From the NCBI GenBank assembly GCA_023245995.1, contig JAHFJH010000005.1, forward strand, positions 1 through 51,599: a stretch of DNA of 51,599 nt, written 5' to 3'. A program made the position numbers and the translations under genes. The notes under the pieces are model-generated. The model was not told where the DNA came from. It made no database searches and worked only from the letters and a program-made list of their open reading frames with translations. The stretch is from Candidatus Doudnabacteria bacterium (GTDB lineage: Bacteria > Patescibacteriota > Doudnabacteria > UBA920). Shown in pieces: positions 36,985-45,952 of this stretch (the first letter of the stretch is position 1; the number at the start of each line of letters is the position of its first letter).

Positions 36985-37389
36985 ATGCAGAACCAAAATA
37001 TTTCATTTAGGCCTTATAAGTTGAGAGTTTCCTATATGCTTAAAATATTGTTTATAGTGTTCATTTTTTTCTATGCATCTATGCCTGTGCAGGCGATAAC
37101 GTGGTACGACAGATTGCCTGCGAGTGGGGAACATACACCAAAAGCCGGGGCAGATGTTGGGCAACCAAATTATTCTGGAAATATAAATTTCAATGAATCC
37201 ACCCAACAAGACACAGGCGCAGGTTTAGCCAATAACGGTGTAGCAGAAAAAAATGAAAAGACTACTACATTGGTAAATAAAGGTGCCACAAATACCAGTG
37301 GTAGACTGGTTGCATGGTTGTTGGTTATTATTAGTTTGGCCATAATTATTGTACTGTTTTGGTCTATTCGTTCTAGTCGAAAATTGTAA
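36985..37389 (+). CDS. hypothetical protein with signal peptide and C-terminal TM anchor
   Basis: Hydrophobic N- and C-termini; true start may be ATG 37036. Confidence 0.65.
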   Translation: MQNQNISFRPYKLRVSYMLKILFIVFIFFYASMPVQAITWYDRLPASGEHTPKAGADVGQPNYSGNINFNESTQQDTGAGLANNGVAEKNEKTTTLVNKGATNTSGRLVAWLLVIISLAIIIVLFWSIRSSRKL

Positions 37390-37422
37390 TCTTATACCGA
37401 GTTAGTTCTTGGGTAAACACAT

Positions 37423-38703
37423 ATGATATTTAAAAATTTTGAGCAACTTGCCACCAGTCCAGAGAGAAAACAAGCCTTGTTAATAGCAGAAAGTGGGCTT
37501 GCGGCCATTACTACAAAAACTGTTATACAAAAGTCTGTGCAGTACAACCCGAAAACGGATGTAGTAACTGTAGAAGGCACGGACTACGCTTTGCCGAAAG
37601 CAGGGAAACTGGTCCTAGTTGGATTTGGCAAGGCCTCTTTTGAAGCAGCAACTAGTTTGTACGCACTGCTAGGGAGTCGCATTGCTTGTGGTTTTGTACT
37701 GGACTTGAAAGGCGGAAGTATTGGCAATCTTACTTGCACTATTGGATCGCATCCGTACCCAACGGTAGTAAATGTAGAGGCTACGAAAGAGATTGTTACT
37801 ATGCTTGGTACATTAGAAGAACAAGATACAGTTTTATGTGTAGTAAGCGGTGGGGGTAGTAGCCTGCTTTGTTACCCATACGAGCAAAGTTGTGAAATGC
37901 AGACCAATATTGTGGGAACGCTCATGCATAAAGGTGCAACTATAGAAGAGTTAAATACGGTTCGTAAACACATAAGTCGAGTAAAAGGCGGGCAACTTGC
38001 AGAGGCGGCTTACCCTGCGCGAATAATAAATTTAATTTTTTCAGATGTGCCCAGCGAAGACCCGAGTATGGTCGCTAGTGGGCCAACTTTGTTTGATCCG
38101 ACTACCGTAGACATGGCAGCAGCAGTGCTACAAAAGTACAATGTGCTGGAGAGTTGCAGTTTACCTCACTGTAGGCTAACAGAAACGCCGAAAGATAAAA
38201 AATATTTTGAAAAAGTCACCAGTCATGTGGTGGTTTCGGCCCACAAGGCCATAGTAGCCATGAAAGAGAAGGCGGAAGATTTGGGTTTTAGTGTAAGAGT
38301 TTATAAGGAAGGCTACAGCGGGCAGGCGCGTGAACTTGCTCGTGAATTTTCAACAGCGGTTTCAGCAGGAGAGTGCCTACTTGCTTCTGGGGAAAGTATG
38401 GTTACTATTAAGCATGAAGGCAAAGGTGGAAGAAATTTAGAAATGGCGTTGGCAAGCTTGCCATACCTAAGGTCAGACCAAGTATACTTAGCACTCGACA
38501 CAGACGGTTTTGACAATACTGACTTCGCAGGGGCTATTGTAGATAACGAAACTAGTAAAAAGGCCAGTGTTCTTGGCCTTGATCCAGTTCAAGAGCTGGA
38601 AAATAATAGTAGTTATAATTTTTTTGAAGGCGTTGGTGACTACTTAAGTACAGGCTTAACTGGTGCCAACGTGTCGGATATAGTAGTAACTTTACGACAA
38701 TAG
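37423..38703 (+). CDS. glycerate 2-kinase family (DUF4147/MOFRL)
   Basis: GFGKA, VSGGGSSL, ELNTVRKHISRVKGG.LA, SDV, ASGPT, GGRN.E and TGLTGANV.D. Confidence 0.93.
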   Translation: MIFKNFEQLATSPERKQALLIAESGLAAITTKTVIQKSVQYNPKTDVVTVEGTDYALPKAGKLVLVGFGKASFEAATSLYALLGSRIACGFVLDLKGGSIGNLTCTIGSHPYPTVVNVEATKEIVTMLGTLEEQDTVLCVVSGGGSSLLCYPYEQSCEMQTNIVGTLMHKGATIEELNTVRKHISRVKGGQLAEAAYPARIINLIFSDVPSEDPSMVASGPTLFDPTTVDMAAAVLQKYNVLESCSLPHCRLTETPKDKKYFEKVTSHVVVSAHKAIVAMKEKAEDLGFSVRVYKEGYSGQARELAREFSTAVSAGECLLASGESMVTIKHEGKGGRNLEMALASLPYLRSDQVYLALDTDGFDNTDFAGAIVDNETSKKASVLGLDPVQELENNSSYNFFEGVGDYLSTGLTGANVSDIVVTLRQ

Positions 38704-38717
38704 TTTATAATAAATAT

Positions 38718-38774
38718 ATGTCTAGTAGAACTTCTTTACAAGTCTTCTATTGGCATGATTGTCAAACACAATGA
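38718..38774 (+). CDS. possible leader peptide (MSSRTSLQVFYWHDCQTQ)
   Basis: ATG 6 nt after TATAAT (38706-38711); F-Y-W-H cluster; overlaps one arm of an inverted repeat. Confidence 0.4.
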   Translation: MSSRTSLQVFYWHDCQTQ

Positions 38775-38888
38775 TTTTTATTTAGTTTATACGTAGTTAA
38801 CCACTGGCTGTTGTTTGAAGACTGGAAGCCATGTGTAAAGAAGTCTTACTGGGTATGTCCAGTATAGCTTTAGAAATCTTGACTTAGT

Positions 38889-39890
38889 ATGCATATTTTA
38901 TTTTGTGAAGTTGAAGAGTGGATGAAAGACTATTTTACAAGTAGGCTTTCTGGTTTTGAGTTGGAGTTTACCGAAAGCAAAATGCAGGACGTGGCGGCTG
39001 GCAGTAGTGCCGAAATTGTCTCTATTTTTGTAAATTCCCGCGTAGACGTAGAGTTGTTAAAAAATTTCCCTAACTTAAAGTTGCTGGCTACTCGTAGCAC
39101 GGGTTTTGACCATATAGACAATGACGCCTGCAAAAAAAAGAATATTACGGTTTGCAATGTCCCAAGTTACGGCGAGCATACGGTAGCCGAGTTTACCTTT
39201 GCTCTTCTTTTGGCTTTGTCCCGTAAAATTTATCCAGCACTTTCACGTGTACACCAGCAGGGCACATTCCATACCGAAGGCCTAAAAGGTTTTGATTTAT
39301 TTGGCAAAACTATAGGTGTTATAGGTACGGGTAGGATTGGTTGTCATGTTATAGACATTGCTAACGGTTTTGGTATGCAAGTGTTGGCTTACGATCCATA
39401 TCCTAAAAAAGAAATGGAACAAACATGCCACATGAAGTACGTGTCTTTGGAAGAGTTACTTAGTAAGTCAGATGTCATTACAATACATACGCCATATATG
39501 CCTAGCACACACCATTTGTTAAATAGCACAAATATGCGCAGTATAAAAAAAGGTGCAGTGCTCATAAATACCGCTCGGGGAGCAATTGTAGACACAATGG
39601 CGCTTGTTGAGTCGTTGTCTAGCGGGGTGTTATCTGGCGCCGCCCTAGATGTTTTAGAAGAAGAAGGGCATGTAGGCGAAGAGTGGCAATTTATGCACGC
39701 CAACCACCCGAAGCTTGCACAAATGGAAGCTTTGCTCGCCGACCATCAGTTGCTTTCTCTACCAAATGTTCTCATAACCCCGCATAATGCTTTTAACACT
39801 CAAGAGGCTATGGAGCGGATATTGGAAGTTACAATAGAAAATATTATGCATTTCCAAGACGGTACTCCGCAAAACTTGATAAAAGCATAA
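38889..39890 (+). CDS. NAD-dependent D-2-hydroxyacid (D-lactate-like) dehydrogenase
   Basis: TRSTGFDHID, GVIGTGRIG, INTARG, ALDVLE.E and ITPHNAFNT. Confidence 0.93.
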   Translation: MHILFCEVEEWMKDYFTSRLSGFELEFTESKMQDVAAGSSAEIVSIFVNSRVDVELLKNFPNLKLLATRSTGFDHIDNDACKKKNITVCNVPSYGEHTVAEFTFALLLALSRKIYPALSRVHQQGTFHTEGLKGFDLFGKTIGVIGTGRIGCHVIDIANGFGMQVLAYDPYPKKEMEQTCHMKYVSLEELLSKSDVITIHTPYMPSTHHLLNSTNMRSIKKGAVLINTARGAIVDTMALVESLSSGVLSGAALDVLEEEGHVGEEWQFMHANHPKLAQMEALLADHQLLSLPNVLITPHNAFNTQEAMERILEVTIENIMHFQDGTPQNLIKA

Positions 39891-39958
39891 AATAATTTTT
39901 TGTAATGCAAAGCATGCATAAAAGCAACATGCTTTGCATTTTTTGTTATACTACAGCT

Positions 39959-41614
39959 ATGCGAGGAAGTTTTAAGGTGAGTAATACATTTTTGGCTGTA
40001 ACTCTCGTGGTGGCAGCTTTGGTGCTATATATGTTTTCGTTCCAAAACCAAATGTTTTGGGACGATGACGATTTTATTTTGCACAATACTTATGTGCAGG
40101 ACTACCATTATATTCCCAAGTTGTTTAGTGAGAATGTAATTGCGGGCAGTAATTTAGTTTCTAACTATTGGCGGCCGGTGTTATTGCTGGTTTTTTCTGC
40201 AGAGTGGCATGCGTGGCATGCGTGGGTGCCGGGTTGGCACGCGGTTAATGCGGTTTTTCATGCAGCTAACGCAGTGTTGTTGTTTTTTATATTGTTGAAG
40301 CTTTTACATACATTATCGCCCTCGCGTTTTATAAGCAGTCGCTGGTTGGCTTTTGTAATTGCGCTTTTTTTTGTTGTGCATCCATTGCAAGTTGAAGCAG
40401 TCGCTTATGTTAACTCTCTTGGTGACTCGCTGTCGGTGTTTTTTATGTTTTTAGGCTTGTTGTTTTTCCAAGAGTTTTTACATAAGCCACAAAAGTCCCG
40501 TAATGCTTACTTGCTATTTTTAGCTTCTGTTTTGTGCTATCCACTCGCGCTTATGAGCAAAGAGACTGCAATAATTATGCCTGCTCTTGTAGCACTATTG
40601 TACTTATATAGCGGGTTCTCTTTTACAGTAAAGGGGTTTATAAAAGCAGTTTGGCCTTATGTAGTCGTTGCTCTTACATATTTAGCGTTGCGTGCTACTA
40701 TACTGAATTTTAAGAATAGTTTTAACCTGTATGATCAGGCAAATGTTTTTAGTAGCAGTATGTGGGTGCGTGGGCTAACTTTTTGTAAAATAATAGTTGC
40801 ATATGTAAAATTAATTTTTTGGCCGTCCCATCTACATATGGAGCGCAGTATGGAGTATGCGACTTCTATGTTGGACTGGCAGGTTCTGCTTGGAGTTTTG
40901 TTAGTTTTTGGGTTGCTTGCAGTGGCGTATCGCACAAGGGTCAAAGTTCCCATAATTAGTTTTGGTGTTCTTTGGTTTTTTATTTCGCTTGCTCCAACTT
41001 CAAATATTTTAGTGCCAATAAATGGCTTACTCTACGAGCATTGGTTATACGTGCCTATTATTGGAGCTTTAATAGCGTTAATGGCTTGCTTATTTTGGTT
41101 TTTAGAGCAAGGTTCAAAATGGTTGCAGGTAGTAACAAGCATACTGCTTGTACTAATTATTTTTGCATTGTCCACTCGAGCAGTACTGCGCATGGGTGAT
41201 TGGGCAAATCCTGTAACTTTTTATGAACAGACTATAAAGTACGCGCCACAAAGTTATCGTATAGTGAATAACTTGGCTATGTCGCTCGCAAATGAAGGGC
41301 AGTTACAAGAGTCGATTGTTTATTATAAGCAGGCAATACAGTTAGACGCTACAAATCCTGTGGCGTACTATAATTTAGGCAATACCTATGTTGGCTTGGG
41401 GAACGTTATAGAGAGCGTGGGATATTACCGTAAAGCCTTGGAAGCAGATCCAAAGTTTTTATTTGCTTATGGGAGATTAATTAACGGCTACGCAAGCCTT
41501 GGGCAGTACGATAAGGCGTTGGCCACGCTAGACCAATATATAGAGCAGGTTGGTGCTTCAAGCGAATTAGAAGTAGTGCGTAAGCAGTTACTAGTAAAAC
41601 AACATGCGCAGTAA
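39959..41614 (+). CDS. TMTC-like GT-C membrane protein with C-terminal TPR repeats
   Basis: FWDDD, YWRP, VHPLQVEAVAY, LMSKETAI, EHWLY.P and TPR AYYNLGN.Y. Confidence 0.85.
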   Translation: MRGSFKVSNTFLAVTLVVAALVLYMFSFQNQMFWDDDDFILHNTYVQDYHYIPKLFSENVIAGSNLVSNYWRPVLLLVFSAEWHAWHAWVPGWHAVNAVFHAANAVLLFFILLKLLHTLSPSRFISSRWLAFVIALFFVVHPLQVEAVAYVNSLGDSLSVFFMFLGLLFFQEFLHKPQKSRNAYLLFLASVLCYPLALMSKETAIIMPALVALLYLYSGFSFTVKGFIKAVWPYVVVALTYLALRATILNFKNSFNLYDQANVFSSSMWVRGLTFCKIIVAYVKLIFWPSHLHMERSMEYATSMLDWQVLLGVLLVFGLLAVAYRTRVKVPIISFGVLWFFISLAPTSNILVPINGLLYEHWLYVPIIGALIALMACLFWFLEQGSKWLQVVTSILLVLIIFALSTRAVLRMGDWANPVTFYEQTIKYAPQSYRIVNNLAMSLANEGQLQESIVYYKQAIQLDATNPVAYYNLGNTYVGLGNVIESVGYYRKALEADPKFLFAYGRLINGYASLGQYDKALATLDQYIEQVGASSELEVVRKQLLVKQHAQ

Positions 41615-43181
41615 TTTTTTTATTCCATATTTTAAGTTTGCTGTTTTTTTAGCGCTAATTTTGTTTTTAGCTTTTTTGTTGGCTCAGAAAATAAATTTTG
41701 CAACAGCAGATTTGGGCAGGCATATAAAAAACGGCGAGTTATTGTGGCAAAGTTTTGGCCATGGGTTTTGGCAGAATAGTGTATTGCGCGAAAATACATA
41801 TTCTTACACCAACCCTAGCTTTTCTGTGTTAAATCACCATTGGGGGAGCGGTATATTGTTTTATTTAATTTTTAATTTATTTGGATTTTCTGGCCTTTCG
41901 GTGTTTTATATTTTTCTGTTGCTTTCTGCGTTTAGCTTATTCTTTTTTGTTTCAGTTAAGGTTAGTGGCTGGCGGGCGACTGTGTTAGGTGGTTTGTTAG
42001 TAATTCCACTTATAGCTTATAGGAACGAAGTACGGCCAGAAGGTTTTACTTACTTATTTAGTGCATCATATGTGTTTTTACTATTCGTCTTTACAAACAA
42101 TACTAAAACAAAACTCATTTGGCTATTACCGCTTATACAAGTTCTGTGGGTAAACACGCATATTTATTTTATATTAGGACCGGCTATTATTTGTGCTTTT
42201 TTGCTTCCTCTATTTTTACAGAAAAGCAATTTTGCAATTAAGCTTTTACCTGTATTTGTGGCGACTGTGTTAGCGAGCTTGTTTAGTCCTTTTGGCATAA
42301 AGGGTGTGTTGTACCCTTTTACTATTTTTTCTAACTACGGCTACAGAGTGCTGGAAAACCAAACCGTTTGGTTTTTAGAGCGTTTGCATGTATCTGGGCC
42401 AGCTTATGTTTGGTTTTTGCCTTGCCTTGCTTTAGCTATAATTTGTTTTGCATGGACGGTTTTTTCTCTACTGAGGTTTTGGCATACACAAAAGGCACAG
42501 TTTTTGTACTGGGCTGTATGTCTTGCGCTCGGTGGTACTTTTATGGGTTTGTTCGCAGTGCGTAATTTTGCTTTGTTTGGTTTGTTTAGCTTGCCTTTAT
42601 TTTCTCAAATGTTTAAGCGTTTGTTTACCAATAAGCATGAATGGTTGCGCTCTTTACCTGTATACGTGTCGCTTTTGCTTGTGTTATTAGCCGCACAATT
42701 TTTTATATTTTATAAAGCAGAGGCGGAGAAAAATTTTACCCGCGGGTTTGGTCCTTTGCTTGGCGTTATGGGTGCAGCGGAATTTATAAAGTCGAATCAA
42801 ATTACAGGGCCAATTTTTAACAATTACGACTTGGGCGGGTATTTAGTGTACGCACTTTACCCAGACCAAAAAGTGTTTGTAGATAATAGGCCCGAGGGTT
42901 ATCCGAAAGAATTCTTTTCTGAGACCTACATACCAATGCAAGAGCAAGAAGCTATTTGGCAGCAAGAGCTCAGAAAATATTCAATAAACGCCATAGTCTT
43001 TTACTACCATGATGCAACTCCGTGGGCACAAACTTTTCTTAAGCAACGTATTCAAGACCCTTCGTGGGTTCCTATTTTTGCAGATCAGTATATAATAATT
43101 TTGGTGAATAAGAGCAATAGTATAAATGATGTACTGGTGCAAAAGTACCAACTGCCCAGCTCTATGTTTAGAATGCAGTAA
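41604..43181 (+). CDS. polytopic membrane protein, probable GT-C glycosyltransferase
   Basis: DLGRHIKNG, RPE.F, LWVNTH and IFN.YD.GGYL...KVFVD.R. Confidence 0.75.
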   Translation: MRSNFFIPYFKFAVFLALILFLAFLLAQKINFATADLGRHIKNGELLWQSFGHGFWQNSVLRENTYSYTNPSFSVLNHHWGSGILFYLIFNLFGFSGLSVFYIFLLLSAFSLFFFVSVKVSGWRATVLGGLLVIPLIAYRNEVRPEGFTYLFSASYVFLLFVFTNNTKTKLIWLLPLIQVLWVNTHIYFILGPAIICAFLLPLFLQKSNFAIKLLPVFVATVLASLFSPFGIKGVLYPFTIFSNYGYRVLENQTVWFLERLHVSGPAYVWFLPCLALAIICFAWTVFSLLRFWHTQKAQFLYWAVCLALGGTFMGLFAVRNFALFGLFSLPLFSQMFKRLFTNKHEWLRSLPVYVSLLLVLLAAQFFIFYKAEAEKNFTRGFGPLLGVMGAAEFIKSNQITGPIFNNYDLGGYLVYALYPDQKVFVDNRPEGYPKEFFSETYIPMQEQEAIWQQELRKYSINAIVFYYHDATPWAQTFLKQRIQDPSWVPIFADQYIIILVNKSNSINDVLVQKYQLPSSMFRMQ

Positions 43182-43891
43182 TGAAGCTAACTGTTATAAT
43201 TCCCGTATTTAATGAACAGGCTACCGTAAAAGAGTTGCTGTACCGCGTGTGTACTGCAAATACTTTGACGTGGGAAAAAGAAGTAATTGTGGTAAATGAC
43301 GGTTCTACAGATGACACAGCAAAAATATTGGAGCAAGCAGGCTCGGATTATGTTTTTAAAATCATACGTCACCGAGATAATTTAGGAAAGGGCGCAGCCG
43401 TACGTAGTGGATTAGGTGTTGCTACAGGAGATGTGGTTTTAATTCAAGATGCAGACTTAGAGTACGATCCTAGCGAGTACGTAACTTTATTAAATGCTTT
43501 AGAACCGAATGTGGACGCAGTTTTTGGTTCGCGCATGCAGAAAGGTGTGCAAGGAGGTTACTGGCACTATATTTTAGGTGCGAAGTTTTTAAATGGGTTT
43601 ATAAATTTTTTGTTTTGGACTAAACTTACAGACGTGTATACATGCTATAAGCTAATTCGTACAAATATTTTACGTTCTCTTGCCTTGTCTTCGAACGGTT
43701 TTGAGCTGGAGTCGGAGCTGGTTTCTAAATTATTGGCTCGGAAGGCTTGCATACAAGAGGTGTCCATTTCCTATGCTCCGCGTACCTTTAAGGATGGCAA
43801 AAAGATTCGCGGAATAGATGCTATAAAAGGTGTCTTAACGGCCTTAGAAATATGGATTAGGCTAAAAATATTTTCTAAAAACTCCATGTAA
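43181..43891 (+). CDS. glycosyltransferase family 2 (DPM synthase-like)
   Basis: VIIPVFNE, VNDGSTD, N.GKGAA, IQDADLEYDP and F.LE.E. Confidence 0.93.
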   Translation: MKLTVIIPVFNEQATVKELLYRVCTANTLTWEKEVIVVNDGSTDDTAKILEQAGSDYVFKIIRHRDNLGKGAAVRSGLGVATGDVVLIQDADLEYDPSEYVTLLNALEPNVDAVFGSRMQKGVQGGYWHYILGAKFLNGFINFLFWTKLTDVYTCYKLIRTNILRSLALSSNGFELESELVSKLLARKACIQEVSISYAPRTFKDGKKIRGIDAIKGVLTALEIWIRLKIFSKNSM

Positions 43892-43936
43892 CTATTTACG
43901 TACAGAAAATAGGGTTACTATGATATACTTAAAGCT

Positions 43937-44473
43937 ATGAAACAAACAGTCGTACTACTTTTAATTTCTTTAGTTGGTGTAGCCTTACCGAAATTGGTTA
44001 CTGCCAATTCGACTGCAGATAAAGGCCTGCCCATTACCACTCAGTCTGTACATTTGTCTGTGGTCACCGAGCAGTATGCGCCAAATATTGGAGTCAGTAG
44101 CGTTATGCCGAATTGCGGTAGTGGTGAGTTTGGTGGCGAACGAGTAGCCGAGTGGCTGTCCCAGTGGTCGTGTGGAACTTTGGCGCTTTCACTTGCGCCC
44201 ACAGCAACAACAGAACCAATGGTGTCTGTTCAAAATATACACACACCAAACATTGTCGTAGTGCGTACGCAAGAAATTATAGCGCCAAACAATGTTGCTA
44301 AAAATTCCAGTGAACAGCCCTTAAAGTTTGCTGCTTTTTTCCGCAATAATGAAGATTTTACTTTTCATGAGGTTAACAGCCAAGAGTTTTATATAGATTT
44401 TACTATGCAGACTTCTTTGTCGCATAGTGACGCAAAGCGCTATTTTGAAGTGCTGTACGCACTTTTATGTTGA
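43937..44473 (+). CDS. hypothetical secreted protein
   Basis: Signal-peptide-like N-terminus; 178 aa. Confidence 0.55.
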   Translation: MKQTVVLLLISLVGVALPKLVTANSTADKGLPITTQSVHLSVVTEQYAPNIGVSSVMPNCGSGEFGGERVAEWLSQWSCGTLALSLAPTATTEPMVSVQNIHTPNIVVVRTQEIIAPNNVAKNSSEQPLKFAAFFRNNEDFTFHEVNSQEFYIDFTMQTSLSHSDAKRYFEVLYALLC

Positions 44474-44526
44474 TGCTTGACTTTGTTTGTTGAATATAAA
44501 AAAAGTATTAATTTAAATTATATTAT

Positions 44527-45147
44527 ATGAGTGAAGAAATAAGAGTTAGCAGACCAATGAATCCTTCTATGCGTGCTGAAACAACTCCACCGGAGTACCA
44601 GCACCATGGTCGTGGCAGTAAATTACCTTGGATTATATTAGTCGTAATAGTTGCAGTTATTATAGTAGTCGCTGTGTTGTTTAGAGATAAATGGGGTGGC
44701 AGTAAAACAAGTGCTACCATGAAGGCTTCGGACTATCAGGCCGTATTCTTAACAAATGGTCAGGTATATTTTGGAAAAATTTCAGGTACTCGGGATTCCT
44801 ATGTTACTTTGAAAGATATTTTCTACTTACAAGTTCAAAACCCACCTATTCAGGGTTCACAGCAACAGCAACAGGCTCAAGCTCAACAACAGCCACAGGT
44901 ATCTTTGGTTAAGCTAGGCCAAGAACTTCATGGACCAGTAGATGAAATGCATATTAACAAAGATCAAATTCTCTTCTACGAAGACATGAAGGCCGACGGA
45001 AAAGTAGCACAGGCTATAAAGGAATATAAAGCCAATCCAAACGCAGGCCAGCAACAACAAGCTCCAGCTGCAAATGGCGGACAGCAACAGGCTCCCTCAG
45101 CACCAGTAGCAACTCCAGCTCCAAAGGCTAGCCCAGCAGGACAATAG
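44527..45147 (+). CDS. conserved hypothetical membrane-anchored protein
   Basis: Single TM, then YQAVFLTNGQVYFG...L.DIFYLQ...LVKLG.ELHGP.D.M.IN...ILF.E. Confidence 0.85.
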   Translation: MSEEIRVSRPMNPSMRAETTPPEYQHHGRGSKLPWIILVVIVAVIIVVAVLFRDKWGGSKTSATMKASDYQAVFLTNGQVYFGKISGTRDSYVTLKDIFYLQVQNPPIQGSQQQQQAQAQQQPQVSLVKLGQELHGPVDEMHINKDQILFYEDMKADGKVAQAIKEYKANPNAGQQQQAPAANGGQQQAPSAPVATPAPKASPAGQ

Positions 45148-45148
45148 T

Positions 45149-45187
45149 TAGAGACTAGAGATTGGAGACTAGAAACTAGTTTCTAGT
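45149..45187. repeat. heptad array ending in a perfect 20-bp palindrome
   Basis: TAGAGAC TAGAGAT TGGAGAC TAGAAAC; ACTAGAAACTAGTTTCTAGT (45168-45187). Confidence 0.6.
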
Positions 45188-45191
45188 AGAT

Positions 45192-45227
45192 AAAAAAACT
45201 ACCCCGCCGTGGCGAGGTAGTTTTTTT
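45192..45227. terminator. bidirectional intrinsic terminator
   Basis: AAAAAAACTACC-C-CGCC/GGCG-A-GGTAGTTTTTTT. Confidence 0.75.
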
Positions 45228-45246
45228 AAAATGTAAGATTAAAGTG

Positions 45247-45591
45247 TTACGCGAGAGCTTTTACAAAAGCGTCAAAGCTTTCCGGTGCTTGTATTGCTAG
45301 TTCGGAGAGCATTTTACGGTTTATAAGAATACCACTGGTTTTTAACTTGCCTGCGAACTTACTCCAAGTGGTGCCGTTTTCGCGAAGTGCTGCGTTGGTT
45401 CGTTGTAACCATAGAGCACGTTGATCGCGTTTGCGGTTTCGGCGGTCGCGGTAGCTGTATGTATCTGCATGCAGTAAAGCTTCGCGTGCTGCTACAAAGT
45501 TTGTAGAACGGCGATTGTCGAAACCTTTAGTGCGTTTAAGTAAATTTTTTCTGCGCTTGTGGGCGGCCACGCCGCGTTTTACTCGTGTCAT
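45247..45591 (-). CDS. rplT: 50S ribosomal protein L20
   Basis: MTRVKRGV, YSYRDRR.RKRD.RALW..R.NAA and INRKMLSELA. Confidence 0.98.
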   Translation of the reverse strand: MTRVKRGVAAHKRRKNLLKRTKGFDNRRSTNFVAAREALLHADTYSYRDRRNRKRDQRALWLQRTNAALRENGTTWSKFAGKLKTSGILINRKMLSELAIQAPESFDAFVKALA

Positions 45592-45594
45592 AAA

Positions 45595-45672
45595 AGTAGC
45601 TTCTAGCTGCTAGGTACTAGGTGCTAGTCTGGAATTAACCTAGAAGCTAGCAGCTTGAACCTATAAGCTATT
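45595..45672. repeat. 78-bp heptad hairpin repeat, copy 1 (rpmI-rplT spacer)
   Basis: Matches 45870-45948 with one indel and two substitutions. Confidence 0.92.
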
Positions 45673-45865
45673 ATTTGTAAGGAATTAAGAGCTTAAGTTT
45701 ATCGTGTGTCTTATGTAAGGTTTGGTCACGACGTTTATTCTTTGTGGTTTTACCGGTTTCGCGAGAGTTAAAATGGTCTTGGCCCATAGTTCTGTGGCGT
45801 AGTTTTCCGGTTTTGGTTAGGCGAAGTCGTTTTGACGCGCCTTTGTGAGTCTTTACTTTCGGCAT
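45671..45865 (-). CDS. rpmI: 50S ribosomal protein L35
   Basis: MPKVKTHKGASKR.RLTKTGK; located between infC and rplT. Confidence 0.97.
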   Translation of the reverse strand: MPKVKTHKGASKRLRLTKTGKLRHRTMGQDHFNSRETGKTTKNKRRDQTLHKTHDKLKLLIPYK

Positions 45866-45869
45866 ATAT

Positions 45870-45948
45870 AGTAGCTTCTAGCTGCTAGGTACTAGGGTGC
45901 TAGTCTGGAATTAACCTAGAAGCTAGCAGCTTAAACCTAAAAGCTATT
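45870..45948. repeat. 79-bp heptad hairpin repeat, copy 2 (infC-rpmI spacer)
   Basis: Matches copy 1 at 45595-45672. Confidence 0.92.
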
Positions 45949-45952
45949 TAAA

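Noticed and set aside
45595-45948. CRISPR array
   Set aside because: Only two 78-bp copies separated by the rpmI gene; no cas genes or spacer-sized intervals.
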